Source of the DNA: Halocafeteria seosinensis
Taxonomy: Eukaryota
Reading direction: 5' to 3'
DNA: 53,827 nt
Assembly (NCBI GenBank): GCA_001687465.1
Contig: LVLI01000274.1
Coordinates: 1-53,827, forward strand
Below, one piece after another: positions 34,501-49,049 of this stretch (position 1 is its first letter; each line of letters opens with the position of its first letter). Below the pieces are notes generated by a model. That model was not told where the DNA came from and did not search any database. It was given only the letters and a program-made list of their open reading frames with translations. Position numbers and translations under genes: made by a program.

Positions 34501-37500
34501 ATGTACTTCGTGTTCTGCTGCATATGGGCGTTCGGGAGTCCACTGTCTGAGATTGACGGAGTAGATTACAAAACTCGACTCTCTGAATTTTGGAAAACTA
34601 CTTTTAAGTCTGTAAGGCTACCAACCAGGGAAACTATTTTTGATTATCATCTTAATTCGGAGGATATGACTTTTGAAAAGTGGGAAGACAGCTGCCACTT
34701 TACAACGGTTGATTTTGACTCCAAAACCCAGTCGGTAACTGACGTGACAGTACCGACTGCAGAAACCGTGGCAATACAGTATTGGCTCGGTTCTTTAATG
34801 TCCAGAGAAGTCCCTATTATGCTGGCGGGGGGTTCAGGTTGCGGTAAAACGCAGTTGGTAAAAAGTTTGCTAGGGTCGCAGGACCCGGAAATCAGATCTT
34901 CCACAACTATCAACTTTAACTTTTTTACGAACGCGTCGATACTCCAAGGTATGATGGAGGCTAACCTCGAGAAGAAAACAGGGACGAATTACGGACCAAT
35001 TGGTCAGGGGAAACTGGTTTTCTTCATTGACGATGTTAACTTGCCACGCGTAGATGAATACAATACTCAATCTGCAATTGCGCTTGTTCGGCAACATATC
35101 GACTATGGCCATTGGTACGATAAAGGAAAACTATTGATGCATACCATCAGCAACTGCCAGTACGTGGCTGCGATGAATCCTTCAGCAGGTTCATTCCAGA
35201 TAAATCCCAGGTTGCAGCGTCATTTTGTTACTTTCGCTGTTGGCTTTCCGGGACCGTCCTCCCTGTACACCATTTACAATACGTTTCTGACGGGACATTT
35301 GAAATATTTTTCGGAGGCATGCCAGCAAATGGCTTCAAATCTCCTCAGCGCAGCGTTGCAACTTCACACTGCCGTATCGAGCACTTTTCGAAAGTCCGCG
35401 AAGAACTTCCACTATGAATTTAACATTAGGCACCTGTCAAGTGTTTTCCAAGGCATCTTAATGGCCCAACCTCGAGAAATGAACGAACCGTCTAAACTTG
35501 CGATGCTTTGGTTGCATGAAAGTGAGAGGGTATATGCCGATAGGCTCGTGAGCACTGCCGACGTTGAGCGATTCAAGGTCCTCGCCCAAAACCAAATAAA
35601 GAAGAAGTTTAGTGAACATAACAATGTCCTTGCTAATTTCTTTGGGACGGAAAATCCAGAGCCGTTGATCTTTAGTCACTTTGCTAAGTCACTAACCGAA
35701 AAGCGTTACGACTACGTGCAAAACATTGAAGTTCTTCGAAAAACGCTACAGAGCGCCCTTAACGAGTATAACGAAACAAACATCACAATGGACCTGGTTT
35801 TATTTGACGACGCTGTAAAGCATGTCTGCAGAATCAGCCGCATAATATCCAATCGTGGGGGCCATGCCCTCCTAGTAGGGGTGGGCGGTTCGGGTAAACA
35901 GAGTCTCAGCAAGCTGGCAGCTCATTTGTGTGAGTACAAAATAGTTCAAATAGCTATCAGCAGTAACTACAGCGTAAACGACTTCAACGAAGACCTTAGA
36001 AATACTCTACGTTTGGCTGCAACCAAAGACGAAGGAGTAGTTTTTCTCCTTTCTGAAAGCCAGATTTCAAACGAGCGATTCTTAGTGTCCGTCAACGATT
36101 TGCTCGCCTCTGGTGAAATTCCAGGTCTATTCGACGCCGAAACCGCGGACGAGATAATCAGTGAACTAACTCCGAAGGCGAAACTCGCCGGCTACAAGCA
36201 GCTCGACAGGCATACAGTTTGGGAATTTTTCTTGGACCAAGTGAAAGAAAAGCTCCACTTAGTATTATGCTTTTCTCCTGTAAGCAGTGATTTCAGAACT
36301 AGAGCTACTCGCTTTCCAGCACTAGTAACTTGTACTGTCATTGACTGGTTTCAACCATGGCCTCGCTCAGCTCTGTACAGTGTCGGAAAGAAATTCATTG
36401 ATTCTATTGAAGGAATAACGCAAGAAGACACCAGGGAAGGTATTGCAAAATTCATGCAATATAGCTTTGATAGTGTCAATGAATTGGCCCTGGAATTCTT
36501 AGTTCAAGAGAGGAGACATGTATACACTACACCAAAGTCATTTCTTGAGCTGTTAAAGTTATTTGCCAGTCTATTGGAACGGAAACAGAAAGAGTTTGAT
36601 TCCCTAATCTCTCGTTTGGAGAATGGGCTCTTAAAGCTTCGAGAAACTTCGGAATCAGTAGAACAGATCGAGGCGGATCTAAAAGTATCATTAGAGCAAG
36701 CAGAGGAGAAGAAAACGACCGCCGAGGGCATCGCCGCCGACGTGAAGAAAAATAAAGCAAATGTTGAGGCCGAAACGGAGAAAGCAAACCAGATTGCGAC
36801 CGAAGCCGATGCAATAGCCAAGAGTGCCGCGCAAACTCAAGCGGAGGCAGATGAGGCACTAGCTGAGGCAGAACCAGCTGTACAGCAGGCCGAAGCAGCC
36901 CTCGATTCTCTAAATGAGAAAGAACTTGGTGAGTGTCGTGGCATGCAGAAACCACCAAGTGGGGTAGATGATGTTTTCTGTGCGGTGCAATGCTTGATGG
37001 CTGGGGTGAACAGCCAGATCCCGGTTACGAAAGCTGGAAAAGTGAAGCCCAAAGATAAGACTTGGGATGCTGTCAAGAAGCAACTTCTTGGTAAAACAAA
37101 AGACTTTCTAAACGAGCTACTTGGATTCAAAGCAAAGATCGAGGCCGGGCAAATTCCCGAAGTGAACTGGTCTGAAATTCGTCCGTTCCTTGCCTTAGAC
37201 TTTTTCAACCCCGAAACAATTGGTTTAAAGAATAAATCAGCCGCAGGGTTGTGTTCATGGGTAATAAATATCGTAAAATTCCGCGATATATACGTAAACG
37301 TCGAACCGTTGAGGCTCAAGCTGGAGCAGGCTAACAAAGATTATGCCGAAGCTCAGGAGAAACTGCAAATAGCTTCCAAGCAAGTGGAAGAACTTCAAGC
37401 GGAGCTGGATGAGCTTACGAAGAAATTTAATGAAGCTGAGCAAGCAAAAGCTGAGGCCATTGCCACCGTTAATAGAGGTCAGACGAAACTAGACTTGGCA

Positions 37501-40500
37501 AATAGATTGACGTCAGCATTGGCTGATGAAAACGTCCGCTGGGGCCAAGGTGTGGCGAAGCTAAAGGACGAAAAACAACTGATTGTAGGAGATGTACTGT
37601 TGGCTTCCGCTTTCATAAGCTATGCTGGACCATTTACCAAGCATTTTAGGGACAAACTGATCAACAAATATTGGGTACAATTCTTAAAGCAGAACAGCGC
37701 AACTGCTATTCCCCTATCGACAGAGGCGGCACCCTTGGCAGTACTGACAAATGAAGCTCAGATTGCCCTGTGGAATAGTCAGGACCTACCCGACGACCAA
37801 GTGTCGGTTGAGAATGGAGCTATTGTGACGAACACTGATAGGTGGGCGCTGTTGATAGATCCTCAGCTCCAAGGAATACGCTGGATAAAAAAGAAGGAAG
37901 AGGAATTAGTGGTATTGAGATTGGATACAAAACATATGCTCCGGCATGTCGAACATGCTGTCGAGCATGGTCAAATACTCCTAATTGAGAATATGGGGGA
38001 ACGGATAGACCCTGTTCTAAATCCTGTTATACAACGGGCAACTGTGAAACGAGGTAGCAGGAGGTACTTGAAAATTGGTGACAAGGAACTCGAATTCCAC
38101 CCCCAATTCCGCCTCATACTTCATACTAAACTAAGCAATCCTCACTACCCTCCTGAAGTTCAGGCGGAAACAACATTGGTGAACTTTACGGTAACACAAG
38201 CAGGACTAGAGGATCAACTACTAGCGATTACCGTCCAGAAAGAGCGCTCAGATCTTGCCAGCCAAAAAGCTGAACTCATCAAGCAGCAGAATGACTTCAA
38301 GATTAAAATAAAGGAACTTGAGGATAACATATTGCAAAAACTGGCTGACGCCGAAGGAGAGATTGCGGAAGATGTTGAATTGATTGAAAGTATGGAGCAC
38401 ACGAAGAGGATCGCCGTTGATATTGAAAAGAAAAGGGATATTGCCCAAAAGACTACTCGGGAGATCAATGCCACTTCCGAACTGTATCGTCCTGTTGCTC
38501 ACAGGGCGGCCCTTCTCTTCTTCCTGATCAACAGTTTATTCAAAGTGCATACGTACTACATCTATTCTTTAGAGTCTTTCGTGAGGGTATGTGAAGCTTC
38601 AATACTTAAAACTCAAAAACTTCTGGATAGCGAGTCCGCTAAGGAGGAAGAAAATGACGAGGAGAAACTGGAGGCATCCCGTGATGATGTTCAGCCGGAA
38701 GAAGGTGACCAATCCACAGCACCCGAGGTTGAGACTTCAGGGGAAAATAAACAGTACATTTCTCCTGAGCGAACCATAGAGCGGTGCACTAGTTTGGTCG
38801 ATGGGATTACAAAATCTACGTTCGATTTCGTTGAGCTGGGTTTGTTCGAGAAAGACAAACTAATGTTTGCAACTCAATTGGCATTTACAATTCTTCAAGA
38901 TTCCGAATCCCTTGAGCCCAGTGATATACGTACTTTTCTCATTGATGACAAGGATGCCTCGGCAAGGGTGCCTATAGAGTTGACAGACTGGATGTCCACC
39001 TCCATCTGGAACAAATTGAAAGGAGTCAGTGGTAACATCAAACCATGCGAAAAACTTTGTGATGATATTATCAGCGATGCAGACAAGTGGCGGTCATGGT
39101 TTGATTACGAAAAACCAGAATCGAAGCCTCTTCCAGGGAACTACAAGAAACTCTCATCATTCAACAAGGTACTTATACTTCGGGCCATGAGACCGGACCG
39201 GGTACCCGCAGCGTTGTCAATGTTCGTGGAAGAGCAATTGGGGGAGTACTTCGTGAGTTCCAAAGCATTAGACATGCAAAAGATTTACGAGGATACACTG
39301 CCTTCGATACCGGTATTCTTCGTTCTCTTCCCCGGTGTAGACCCTACGCTATGGGTTGAGCAGCTCGGAGAAAAACTCGGAGTGAGTTCCACAGAAGGAA
39401 ACTTTATAAACATTTCAATGGGGCAGGGGCAAGACGAACGAGCTCTTCGAAGTTTGAAAGAATGTGCCGAAAATGGAGGGTGGTTAATGCTCCAGAATGT
39501 TCATCTGATGCAGGAGTGGCTTCCAGTTTTCGAGCGGGAGCTAGAGCAAGTGGCCGCTAATGCTCATGAAAGGTTCCGCTGTTTCATTTCGGCTGAACCA
39601 CCTCCTTTAAGCTACATCCAAAACATTCCGGAATCATTGCTTCAGTCATGTGTAAATATCGCTAACGAAGCACCTGCAGATCTAAAGAACAACCTCCTAC
39701 GCGCCTGGAATACTTTTGAAGAGTCTGAGGACAACTCAACAGAAACTAAAGCATGCCTTTTCGCGTTATGCTGGTACCACGCTGTAGTTTTGGGCAGACG
39801 ACGATTTGGCCAGCAAGGATGGAGTAAGCGTTATAGCTTCAACCAAGGCGACTTAACCGTATGTGCCAACATACTGAAGAAATACATTAAGGAGAGCAGT
39901 GAAATTCCTTGGGAAGATCTAAGGTACATCTTCGGCGAAATTATGTATGGTGGACACATTACTGATGCATGGGATCGCCGGACTAATAACACGTATCTGG
40001 AGTGGTACCTCCATGAAGGTATCTTCGATCAATGCGAGCTTGCTCCCGAGTTCCGAGTTCCTCCGGTTGCTGAGATGTCTTTCACGGATGTTGCTGACTA
40101 CGTCAAGGAGAAGCTGCCTCCAGAAACTCCACCGCTCTTCGGTCTTCATCCAAATGCGGAGATTGGATACCTTTCCAGCTTCTGTGACGAAATGCAGTTC
40201 AACATGGTAATGCTAAGTGGCGTTGCTGGAAGCCAGGCTTCCGCAGCCACAGGTACCGCAGACGCTAAAGCCGAAGTAGAGCGGTTGCTGACTAGAGTTC
40301 CCGAAAACTTCGTCATGCTTGATATTGACGCTAAAGTGGAGAAATTACTCGGAGAGAAGCACGCACCATATGCATTGGTTGCCGTGCAAGAGTGCGCGAG
40401 GATGAATGTATTATTAGACTATGTTCGTTCATCATTGCTGGATCTTTCCAAAGCACTGGATGGTCAACTGAGCATGTCTGAGGCGTTAGATGAGCTGTTA

Positions 40501-41181
40501 GAGGCACTAACTGTGAACCAAGTTCCAGGAAGGAACCCCTTCCATAGAATATCATGGGAAAAACTCGCATGGCCAAGTAGAAAAGGGCTTGCTTCCTGGT
40601 TAACCGATCTTCACAGCAGACATACTCAACTAGTCGATTGGACAGCCAATTTTGAAATGCCCAAGAGCATGTGGCTCCCCGGATTAATGAACCCAACAGC
40701 CTTCCTAACGGCGATCACCCAAGTGGTAGCCAGAGAAATTCAGCTTCCACTGGATAGTATCGTGCTCGATACGCACGTTACGATGCTCACAGACCCGTCG
40801 CAAGCCACGGAATATCCCCAACGTGGAATGTACGCTCACGGGCTCTACTTGGAAGGCGCCAGGTGGTCCATTCCCGAGACAGAAAATGATGGATACAAAA
40901 TTGATGACGTCACCGCGGGAGGACACTTGGCCGAAGCTCGACTGAAGGAACTGCATCCTCCAATGCCGCTACTGTATCTGCGTCCAGTGCAAGTCCAGCC
41001 TAACTGGATTCCTTCCTCAGTCGGTTATTTGAGGCGCGACGAAAGCATTTACGAATGTCCTCTTTATATTAACACATTTAGAGGACCGACGTATGTTACG
41101 TTGACCACTCTACGATGTTTGGAGAGTCCCAGCAGGTGGATCATCGCCGGTGTTGCCATGGTCATGCAACTGGATGATTAG
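28588..41181 (+). CDS. Axonemal outer-arm dynein heavy chain, alpha type (N-terminal Kelch propeller + IPT + filamin/Ig), ~4132 aa
   Basis: Introns 28597-28662, 28775-28834, 28904-28972, then a 12.2-kb exon. Kelch repeats (PRCGHS...IVFGG), IPT (PKSGPVTGETEISISG) and filamin (DEEDGSYSVKY...PGTYEISV...GSPF) precede a DHC_N2 tail. P-loops GPAGTGKT, GDPAAAKT, GGSGCGKT, GVGGSGKQ, then stalk/MTBD and C-terminal domain. This architecture is typical of Chlamydomonas alpha-HC (ODA11)-type chains. Confidence 0.92.
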
Positions 41182-41216
41182 AAAATAGAATCTTAACGAG
41201 AAATGCAATATAACGA

Positions 41217-43239
41217 TCATTTCTGGTCAAACCAACCATCGCACATGCTATTCAAACTCATGTTACTCAGACCACTCTCGGAGCTGTCAGTCCTTTTCCT
41301 TGTGTCGGGTAATCCCGAATCCTCACTGAACGAGGAACTCGGGTCCTTGTTGACCATAGTCATCAAGAATGAATGCCTTCGTTGACGAGACTCATCGCTC
41401 TCCTTGAGAGTCTCGTACTGTGCAACTCCTTCTTCATTAATATTTATCACTTCATCTGTACATTCGCGGATTTCCGAAAACTTCATTAGCAGACCTAGAC
41501 CGTTCTCGTCATCAGTGTCTTCTTGCATTCTCTTCTTTCTTGGTTCATATTCCACTGATATATGTTCCCGAGCTTCGAAAACCGAAAAGCGATGGTTTGA
41601 TTGACCTCGTTCAGAGGGGAGTTTACGCAAGTATTTGCCTTTGAATTCATAATTTTTCACTCCCATTGCTCTCGCTGAATTTGAAGCGTCATGGCGCAGC
41701 GGCGCGTATTTTGGGTGGATCCAGATGACGTTCTCATCTCTGGATAAAGCGTTGCTGACTTCCTGTGCTGATCGTCCAAACAGATCTTGCGCCAAGCTGT
41801 TGAGGTAGATTCGTTTAGGTGTGGATGCCCCACTTCCGTTGTAAAGAACGTATAGCACTGGGTAATTGTATTGCTCAATTTCCTGATATAGGTGCTCGGA
41901 AAATGGGGAATGCCTTCCAGAGGTAGCTGGGTACGTTGCCTCGTCATCCCCACGTTGAGCCATCGCGCGGAAGGTAGACGTCAGTAAATCTTCACTGTTC
42001 GCGCTGCTACTTCGACGCCTTATATCATCTGTACATGCAAATTAATACAAAGATTGATTTACCATTTTCAAAATGACCATTTTAGCGTTGAGATGAGCTT
42101 ACCAAAAGAAAGAGGAGAAGCCCTGTTTCCAAAGAAACTGGAATCATAGGCACCCATCGTTGTGCCTCCCGGAAGAGGTGGCGCTGGGGCACCCATCGAT
42201 GCATTCGACATAGGCGCCATCGTATATTTCGTCGTAGCACTTTGATTTCCGCGCACACCTAGAGTTGATAGGCTGTCCAACTCCAGTTGCTTGCCGAGTG
42301 CAGCAAGTCGATCCCCTGTGTCTGGAATATCAGAGCCGGACGAAAGCCTAGCGCCATTGGAACTGGTCACTTCTTGCCAATTTCGCGATGAGTATCGATC
42401 TCCCAGTGTGAAATTCATTCCGGGGGCCGAGAAGTGGTCAGGGAAGATGCCACTCGAGTTATATCCCGGAGCCATCCTCGCTCCGCTGTCTACATAAGCT
42501 CCTCCTGCCCCTTCAGCCACCAATGGGTCGGAAACAGCACCAACGAAGGGACCATAGTTGTTGAAGTGTTGTGTCGTCGTAGGTGGTGCCTGTGGTATGG
42601 AAGGTTTATCATACATTGCATAGTTGTAGTGTCGATACTGCTGTTGGTACTGTTGCTGGGAAGGAGTAAAATACGACGCAGAAGCAGAGTATGCCCCATT
42701 CATTAAGTCTTCCGTCGACGGGGCCATATCCGGGACTTTTAAGTCAACATGTCCCCACGACGACTCGGTGCTAGTAGATCCCATTTTCTGTTTTTTCTTG
42801 CCCTTGTTGCTCGCAGACACTCCTCGTTTCATCCCTCCGGAAGCTGTCTCGGTTTGTTTCGCTCTCCGTTGCAGCCCGCCGGCGGCGGAGGACGCCGCAG
42901 CGGCAGTCCCTGAACTGGAGGATGCAGGTTTCCGCTTCCGTGTGGGCATCATATTGGCATCGGGATCCACGCATTTTTGTTGAATTCCTAATCGATCACA
43001 TCGTCCGCAAGGACGGTTTCCATCACAACGACGCTTCCCCTGCATTTTCACCACAATGTGCATGCACCCTCAGGGCTCTCAACAAAAGGAGGGGAAAATA
43101 AAGAGGCACCCTCTAGACACATTTTTAAAAGCCTCAAAGGGTCTGTATATGCCTAAAGAGAGGTCATTTCACTTACTTTGGCGCAGACGGCACAGGCGTG
43201 GGAGCGCCTTATACCGCTCAAATCAGTGCCAGAGCTCAT
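41217..43239 (-). CDS. Zn(II)2Cys6 binuclear-cluster transcription factor with C-terminal PAS-like domain, ~603 aa
   Basis: Introns 43040-43176 and 42029-42102; CDS 1812 nt. Spliced N-terminus HACAVCAK|GKRRCDGNRPCGRCDRLGIQQKC gives C-x2-C-x6-C-x5-C-x2-C-x8-C. NLS-like RKRK, Q/Y/P-rich middle, and C-terminal IYLNSLAQDLFGRSAQEV...WIHP (PAS-like). Confidence 0.8.
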
Positions 43240-44132
43240 GACAACGGTTCGCTATGCTTGGGGTTGAACGTTATGGAACCTTTCGACCTTTCGAACGAGC
43301 GTCAGAAGCTCTGTTTCGGCGTATATAGAACGCAATAGAGATGAGCACCCGAGTGGGAGTTTTGTTTGTTGCCTTTTTTGACTTCCAACCGAAAGACCAC
43401 AAAGAATAATAAAAAATAAAAAACAGTCTCTGTACAAAAAATACGCAGATGCTGTCTTGTTACAACAAGAGCACATGGTTAGGTGGTGTATTCTGCATCG
43501 TGATAAAGAGATCTCCGCAAATAGACCCGCCGGCCCCGGATCCCCGCGCCATGGCACGGCTTTCCTCGGACTTCACTAAGCGAAGGACGAAGGACCGAGG
43601 AACCAAGGCACTGTGATCGGAATTACTGGAAGCCTTGCGAAAATCGGGTTCTCAAATGGATTTTTTATTTTTTATGCGTGTTGGGAGGACGACACTCTAT
43701 AGAATATATCCACGACCTACAGATTCTACACTATGTATGCAAGAGTAAGAGGCTCCAACGACCACGCAACAGTGGCACGACTGCACCATTGAAATGGCAT
43801 CCAATGTAAGAAAACTATTTCGGCAAAACAGATTATCGGGGACGGACCAACAAAGAAAAGTGGTGGTGTGTAAACCGAAAATCAGCCATCATAAAGCAAC
43901 AGAAATACCAGTATTTTCTCGATGTAATATCTCATGCATTATGACGAGTCCGAATGGAAGTTCCACCGCTAACGTTCACCCTTGACTTCCCACATTGGTA
44001 TCTAGCCGAACCCTGATAGAAAAACACTTTTACGATAACGGTAGTACTAACGACGCGATTGCTCGTCGTAGCCGCAGGATCGGCTTGGGAAACGCAAATT
44101 CTACTGTTGCCACCATGTGGAGATTGAAACGT

Positions 44133-47100
44133 TCACTGTTGTGCTTTAGCGAATGAGCTTACTATTCGCTGGTACCGCTCCGAGACGTCAGCTGGTTTTA
44201 CTGTAGTATTAACCGAACTCTTAACCTTCTCCGCAACAGATTTCCACGTATCCTTGTTGTTACCACCCTTGCGAAATTCAGTCAGCAGGATCTTATCCAT
44301 TTCTGAGTTCCATTCCACACTAGTTGTAGCTGGCGGCCCCGTCGCAGTGGGACGCTTTTCGCTCTTGCCATTCTCGGTGCGTTTGACAAAGCTGGTGCTT
44401 GCATTCTGAGCATGATTAGAGAAGTCAGAATGTTCACGGAACGCCAACAGACTCTCGGCGCCGTCGCGATCCTGGCTTGAAGGGAGTCGCATTCCCCTAC
44501 GAGACAATACCAACGCACTCGCTGCCTCACGTTCCTGGGGCGACGGAGCTTCCTTCCAAGTAGGGGTTTCATCTTCAAAAGAGCTATCGTCACTGCTCGT
44601 TTCTAGCTCGTCAAATTCAAAATCAGTCTGATCAATATCCTTGGATTTTTCGGTGGCACTTTGCCTCCCGTTCCGCGGCAACGCCCTTTCTGAGTTACTG
44701 GTTCGGTCGGTGGAACGCTGGCCTCCAGTTCTTGCTCTGGATACGTAGTCCGGTGTCTCTGTCGGTATCAATACGGGTAGTGAGGTGGTGAATGGGAAAT
44801 TAGCAAACTCTTTAACGCAAGTCATAAACTTAGCCGAATGCTGCGATAACAGTTGTTCTCGGAGTCTAGCAGGACATCGTATATTCCGAGGGAGCGCAGT
44901 TGGATACGATGAAAAAGCTTGTACACTCGGCAACGGCGGTGGGCCCACAGCCGTAGAATTGGAATCTTGCATGAATGACACCTCCTGGTGGTTATCTGTA
45001 TCTGTACCACCGACGTCGTCGTCAAAATTTCTCTCACAATTGCGCTCATCCCGCTGCATGTAATCCAGCAAAGGGAAGTTTCCATCCCTGTAGGACTTCG
45101 CATCGAAATCGGGTGGTGACATTGTAGTCGTAAAAGAAGGAGGGCAAGGCCCTGGGCGAAGCTCCAAGGTATCGACTGTTGTCATCCCATGATACTTGCC
45201 CTTGCGCTCGGCAACCAATCGCTCAGCTTTTCCTCGAGTGAGCACCCCGTCGTATGTACCGGGATATCGAAGCCGATCAAAATAGTGAGATCCGACAAAC
45301 GCTGCGGGACCTTGCACTACCGGCAGGTCAGGGAAGCAACGTTTGATCAAGCGAAACTTATGGGACGGCATCGAAAATGGATCAGACGGGTCGGAACTGA
45401 AGGGGTCATGGAATTTTTCACAGCTGTTAGCGTTTTGGTTAGCGTGCTTCTTCCAACGATTTAAAATTGCATTTTCGCTGACTGGCCATTTGGCCTTTCG
45501 AGGAACTCGAAAGAGAAAGCTAACGGCATACTTCCTGAGAATCTCTGGCCCACGATAGGGAACTAGTAAAGTAGAGACGTCAGACCATGGGATATTGACA
45601 GCCTGTTTCGCCTGCTTAGTGTATCTCAATGCCGCTTCTGCAAGAATCATTGCTTCCCAGTGGTCGAAGTTAAATAGTCCTCGCGCAGACACAGACCGGA
45701 ATTCTTGCAGCAGGGAATTCGACTTCTGCTGCCGCGACGTAGACACACTGCGGTTTTTGTACCTAATACGCAGGTTGTCTGGAGTTTTTGTAGGTAGCAG
45801 CATTTTGTGGATCTCTGTATGTGATTCACCAAACCTAAGTAATCCCAAAAAGAACAGTCTCTCTTCAGAGGGCAAAGTACTATAAGGATTACCAGCAGAC
45901 AGCCCCATCTTCCAAGAGCGCTCCTTGCAATACAATGCCGGCCACAATGCTGGGTGAAGATATTCTCGATATGTCCATAAGACATAAAGAGTGGCTCTAG
46001 TTATCCCTTCAATACAGGCGCCAGGGTGCTTTACGCGAACTGAGTAGTCTCCAGTGTGTGTCCACCAAGGTCCAACGCGTTCGTCGACTCCTAAGTCCCA
46101 AAACCGAGGCACTGGATCCCTCAAGAAGCGAACAGGGCCGTATGTGACATCAAACGAGGTTTGAGCGCGATTCACCTGCAAATGCGCCCCACATCCTCCG
46201 ATGTTTGCCACTGTAGCCGATGGGGAAGCTCTACTCTCCATTGTTGGGGCCCTTGGATTGTTTGTTTCCTCTATCATGTGCTGCGATGCTTCCTCTGATA
46301 CTCGCTCAAGATCCGCGGCTGTAAATGAATGAGGGGTAGCTGAGAGTCTTCTATGCATTAAGGATCCTGTACCTGACCATGCTCGACCCGATCTTGAATC
46401 AGGAGGAAGCAGGCATTTGCCCTCCTGCACTTTTGCCCACTTTCGTCGAAGCTGTTCAGTCAACTGTTGAACAGGCTGAGGAGCTCTATTCTTCCCGAAA
46501 GCAAATAGAAATGCCGGTCGCGCTACGCCCAATAATGGACTTTCGAATATGGTACAAACTTTATTAGTACCTTGCTTCAGGAGCTGTTCCAAAATACTTA
46601 AGTCATCTTCCTCGTCATCGTTAACAGTTCCTCCAGGTGCGGACGCATCCTCTGTATCTGCCCGGCTCTCCGATCCGTCATCATTGTCTTCCTCACTTGT
46701 TCCCGATCCGAGGGATTCCCCATCCTCCTCTTCGTATTCTGAGTCTGTAGAGTCAGCTTCTGAGTAATCTCGAGCAGTTTCTTTCCAGTACGCCATAGTC
46801 CCATCCGGGGAGTCAGTGTGCATCAGCTGCTGCGTATGCCTCGTCTTTAATTCTTCTAATTCGTCGAAGAGACATTCGGTTTCGTGCAGAAGATTTGCTG
46901 TATCATTATGCTGAGAACTAATCAGAGCCGTTTGCAGAAGTAGCTGTACATGTATTTGGACCTGAAGGTTCAAACAGTACTCCTGATCTTTGGTCAAGTA
47001 AGTATGGTCTTTGAAAAACTTGGTGTCCGCTTCTTCGATGGCGGTGTCCGTGGCTTGAAGAGACTTCCCAAGAACGGATTGGCAAGGCAAGGACTCAAGC

Positions 47101-48568
47101 GGCTGAAGCTTAGCTCCAGGAGTGGGCTTATTGGGAGTCCTCCCTCCTTTCTTTTGATTTTCTGCAGATGCACACAGGTGGAATGTAGTAGTACATATCA
47201 AGGAAGGCATCACTTGTCTTAAACTCACTTTGTTGTTGCGGAAACAGCTCTTCAGCCTGGTTAAGCAGGTCTAACAATTCCTCCTGGGAGACTCTCGGCA
47301 CGTTATCCAAACTGAGTCGGAAAATAAACGACGGGATTTGTAGCGGTGACTAATCATCACAATGACTATGCAATACTCACTTGTCTTCCTCGGACATAGT
47401 CCCCGGTTCTTCAAAGAAATCTTCGTCATCGATATCGATATTTTCATTTGCGTCTGGGAAACATCCAGATAGAGCCCTTGCAACACAGTCATACAAACAT
47501 TAGAGCTACTCGTAAACAAACCTTCAGAAGATCCGGGCCCTCGAATATTTTTCAAAAACTCTTTGTAATCTTTCTGCAGGTCTCGAGCAAGAAATCAAGA
47601 TAAAAAATTGAACATGCCAAACCCAGTAAAACCTACAGTCGCCGCATCCACTGTATCTTCAGAGTCTTCTGCGTCAAGGTTATCATGTAGCACCATATCT
47701 ATATTTTCGAAGTCAACATCCCGCATCGGTTGCCTTGCTCTCGTCCTTCGCGCTATTGTACCAGGTGTATTGCTGCTGGTCTTTTTGTTTTCTCTTAGGC
47801 TTTGGAGTAACTCCTCTGCTTTCTTTGTTGACTGGATACCCTCACTAATGTCACTTAGATCCGGGACGTTTCTGCCTCGCGACTTCTTCCTGTTTGTGTC
47901 CCGCACTGTGTTTTTAGACTTATGACTACTTTTCTTGTTAGATCTTCTATCCTCCGCCACGGCCCTCCGATCTCCTGCGCTGAAACTAAGCCCGTTGGCT
48001 TCTACTGTATTGTGGTCGTCTGCCGTTGCGAACGGGAATCTGTAAGACACTGCAAGTGGAAGCAACCCTGGTCACACAAATACAACCACTTAGTGGCTTA
48101 CGTTGCTGAGAGATCAGAGCCTAAGTCGAATGTATGCTCTCCGTTGGAGCGAGGAACCGCGCCATTCGTCAATCCGGTCCTTTGTCCTAGCGTCGATCCA
48201 TCCGGGTTCCTAAATATCACGTCCTGCACAGTGTCCTCATCTTCCGCCGCTCGTGCAGCAGGAAACGATACGTTCCGCCCTTGCGTGGAACTGCTGCTGT
48301 TGTTGTTGTGGGTCCTCAAAGGTGTCAAACCTCCACTGGAAAGCGCTGTAGGTATAGCAAAAGGGTTAGTTTCTCCCTGTCCACGCCTTGAAGAGGAGGC
48401 TGCTGCCGCCATTTGAACAGTATTTTCATCATTCAGCCTTTCGTGCCCATCCCAGGAAGGCCAAGGGAAGGGTAAAGATGAGGAAGAGGCAGAAGATGCC
48501 TGCTTTTGGCTCTTTTTGTGCCTGTTTTTAGAGGCGTTTGTGTCGCGCGAGCGCTTCGTTCCAGGCAT
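44133..48568 (-). CDS. GON4L/YY1AP1/DUO3-like Myb/SANT chromatin regulator (~5 introns)
   Basis: IARRTRARQPMRDV (GON4L-type motif), RVSQEELLDLL, LQVQIHVQLLLQ, EERLFFLGLLRFG...LLPTKTPDNLRIRYKNR (YY1AP1-type Myb-like), and C-terminal WNSEMDKILL...PADVSERYQRIVSSF (GON4L/FLASH-type SANT). Introns include 48040-48101 and 47574-47636. Confidence 0.75.
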
Positions 48569-49049
48569 CGTTGTTTCTCTACCACACAGTCATTTGCCTT
48601 CCATACCATATCATACTTTCACGCACAGAAGAAGAAATGGAAAATAATACCTATGACGTGGGGAAAGAAAGAAAAAAGAAAATTTTCAATATGTTTTCGT
48701 ATGTGTCGTCTGTGGCCGTCTAGTTGAACTTAGGCCACTCATTTGAATTCCAAAACTTTGCCCTTCCAGGGTGGGCTATGATTAAAGCCTATTAACTCGA
48801 TGCAATGAGAGAAGAAAACAAGGGATGGAATGGCGTGTATTGTATTTGATTTTACCTACGCAGCTTCTTGACGGACTGTACAAGTGCTACACGTGGGCAT
48901 GCTCTGCTTACCTAATGGTACTGTATTTGCAACTAACCCAACACCAAAGGAATGCAGTTTTGTTGAAAGCCTCATCTCCAATATCAACATGAATAGATAC
49001 CAATCTAACAGGTAGCTGTCAAACAACGTGAGGGAGGAGCAGAATCCAC

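Noticed and set aside
29445..40956. Many 60-220 aa antisense or alternate-frame ORFs inside the dynein gene (similarly within TIG, PMCA and GON4L)
   Set aside because: Shadow ORFs of long coding exons with no recognisable motifs.
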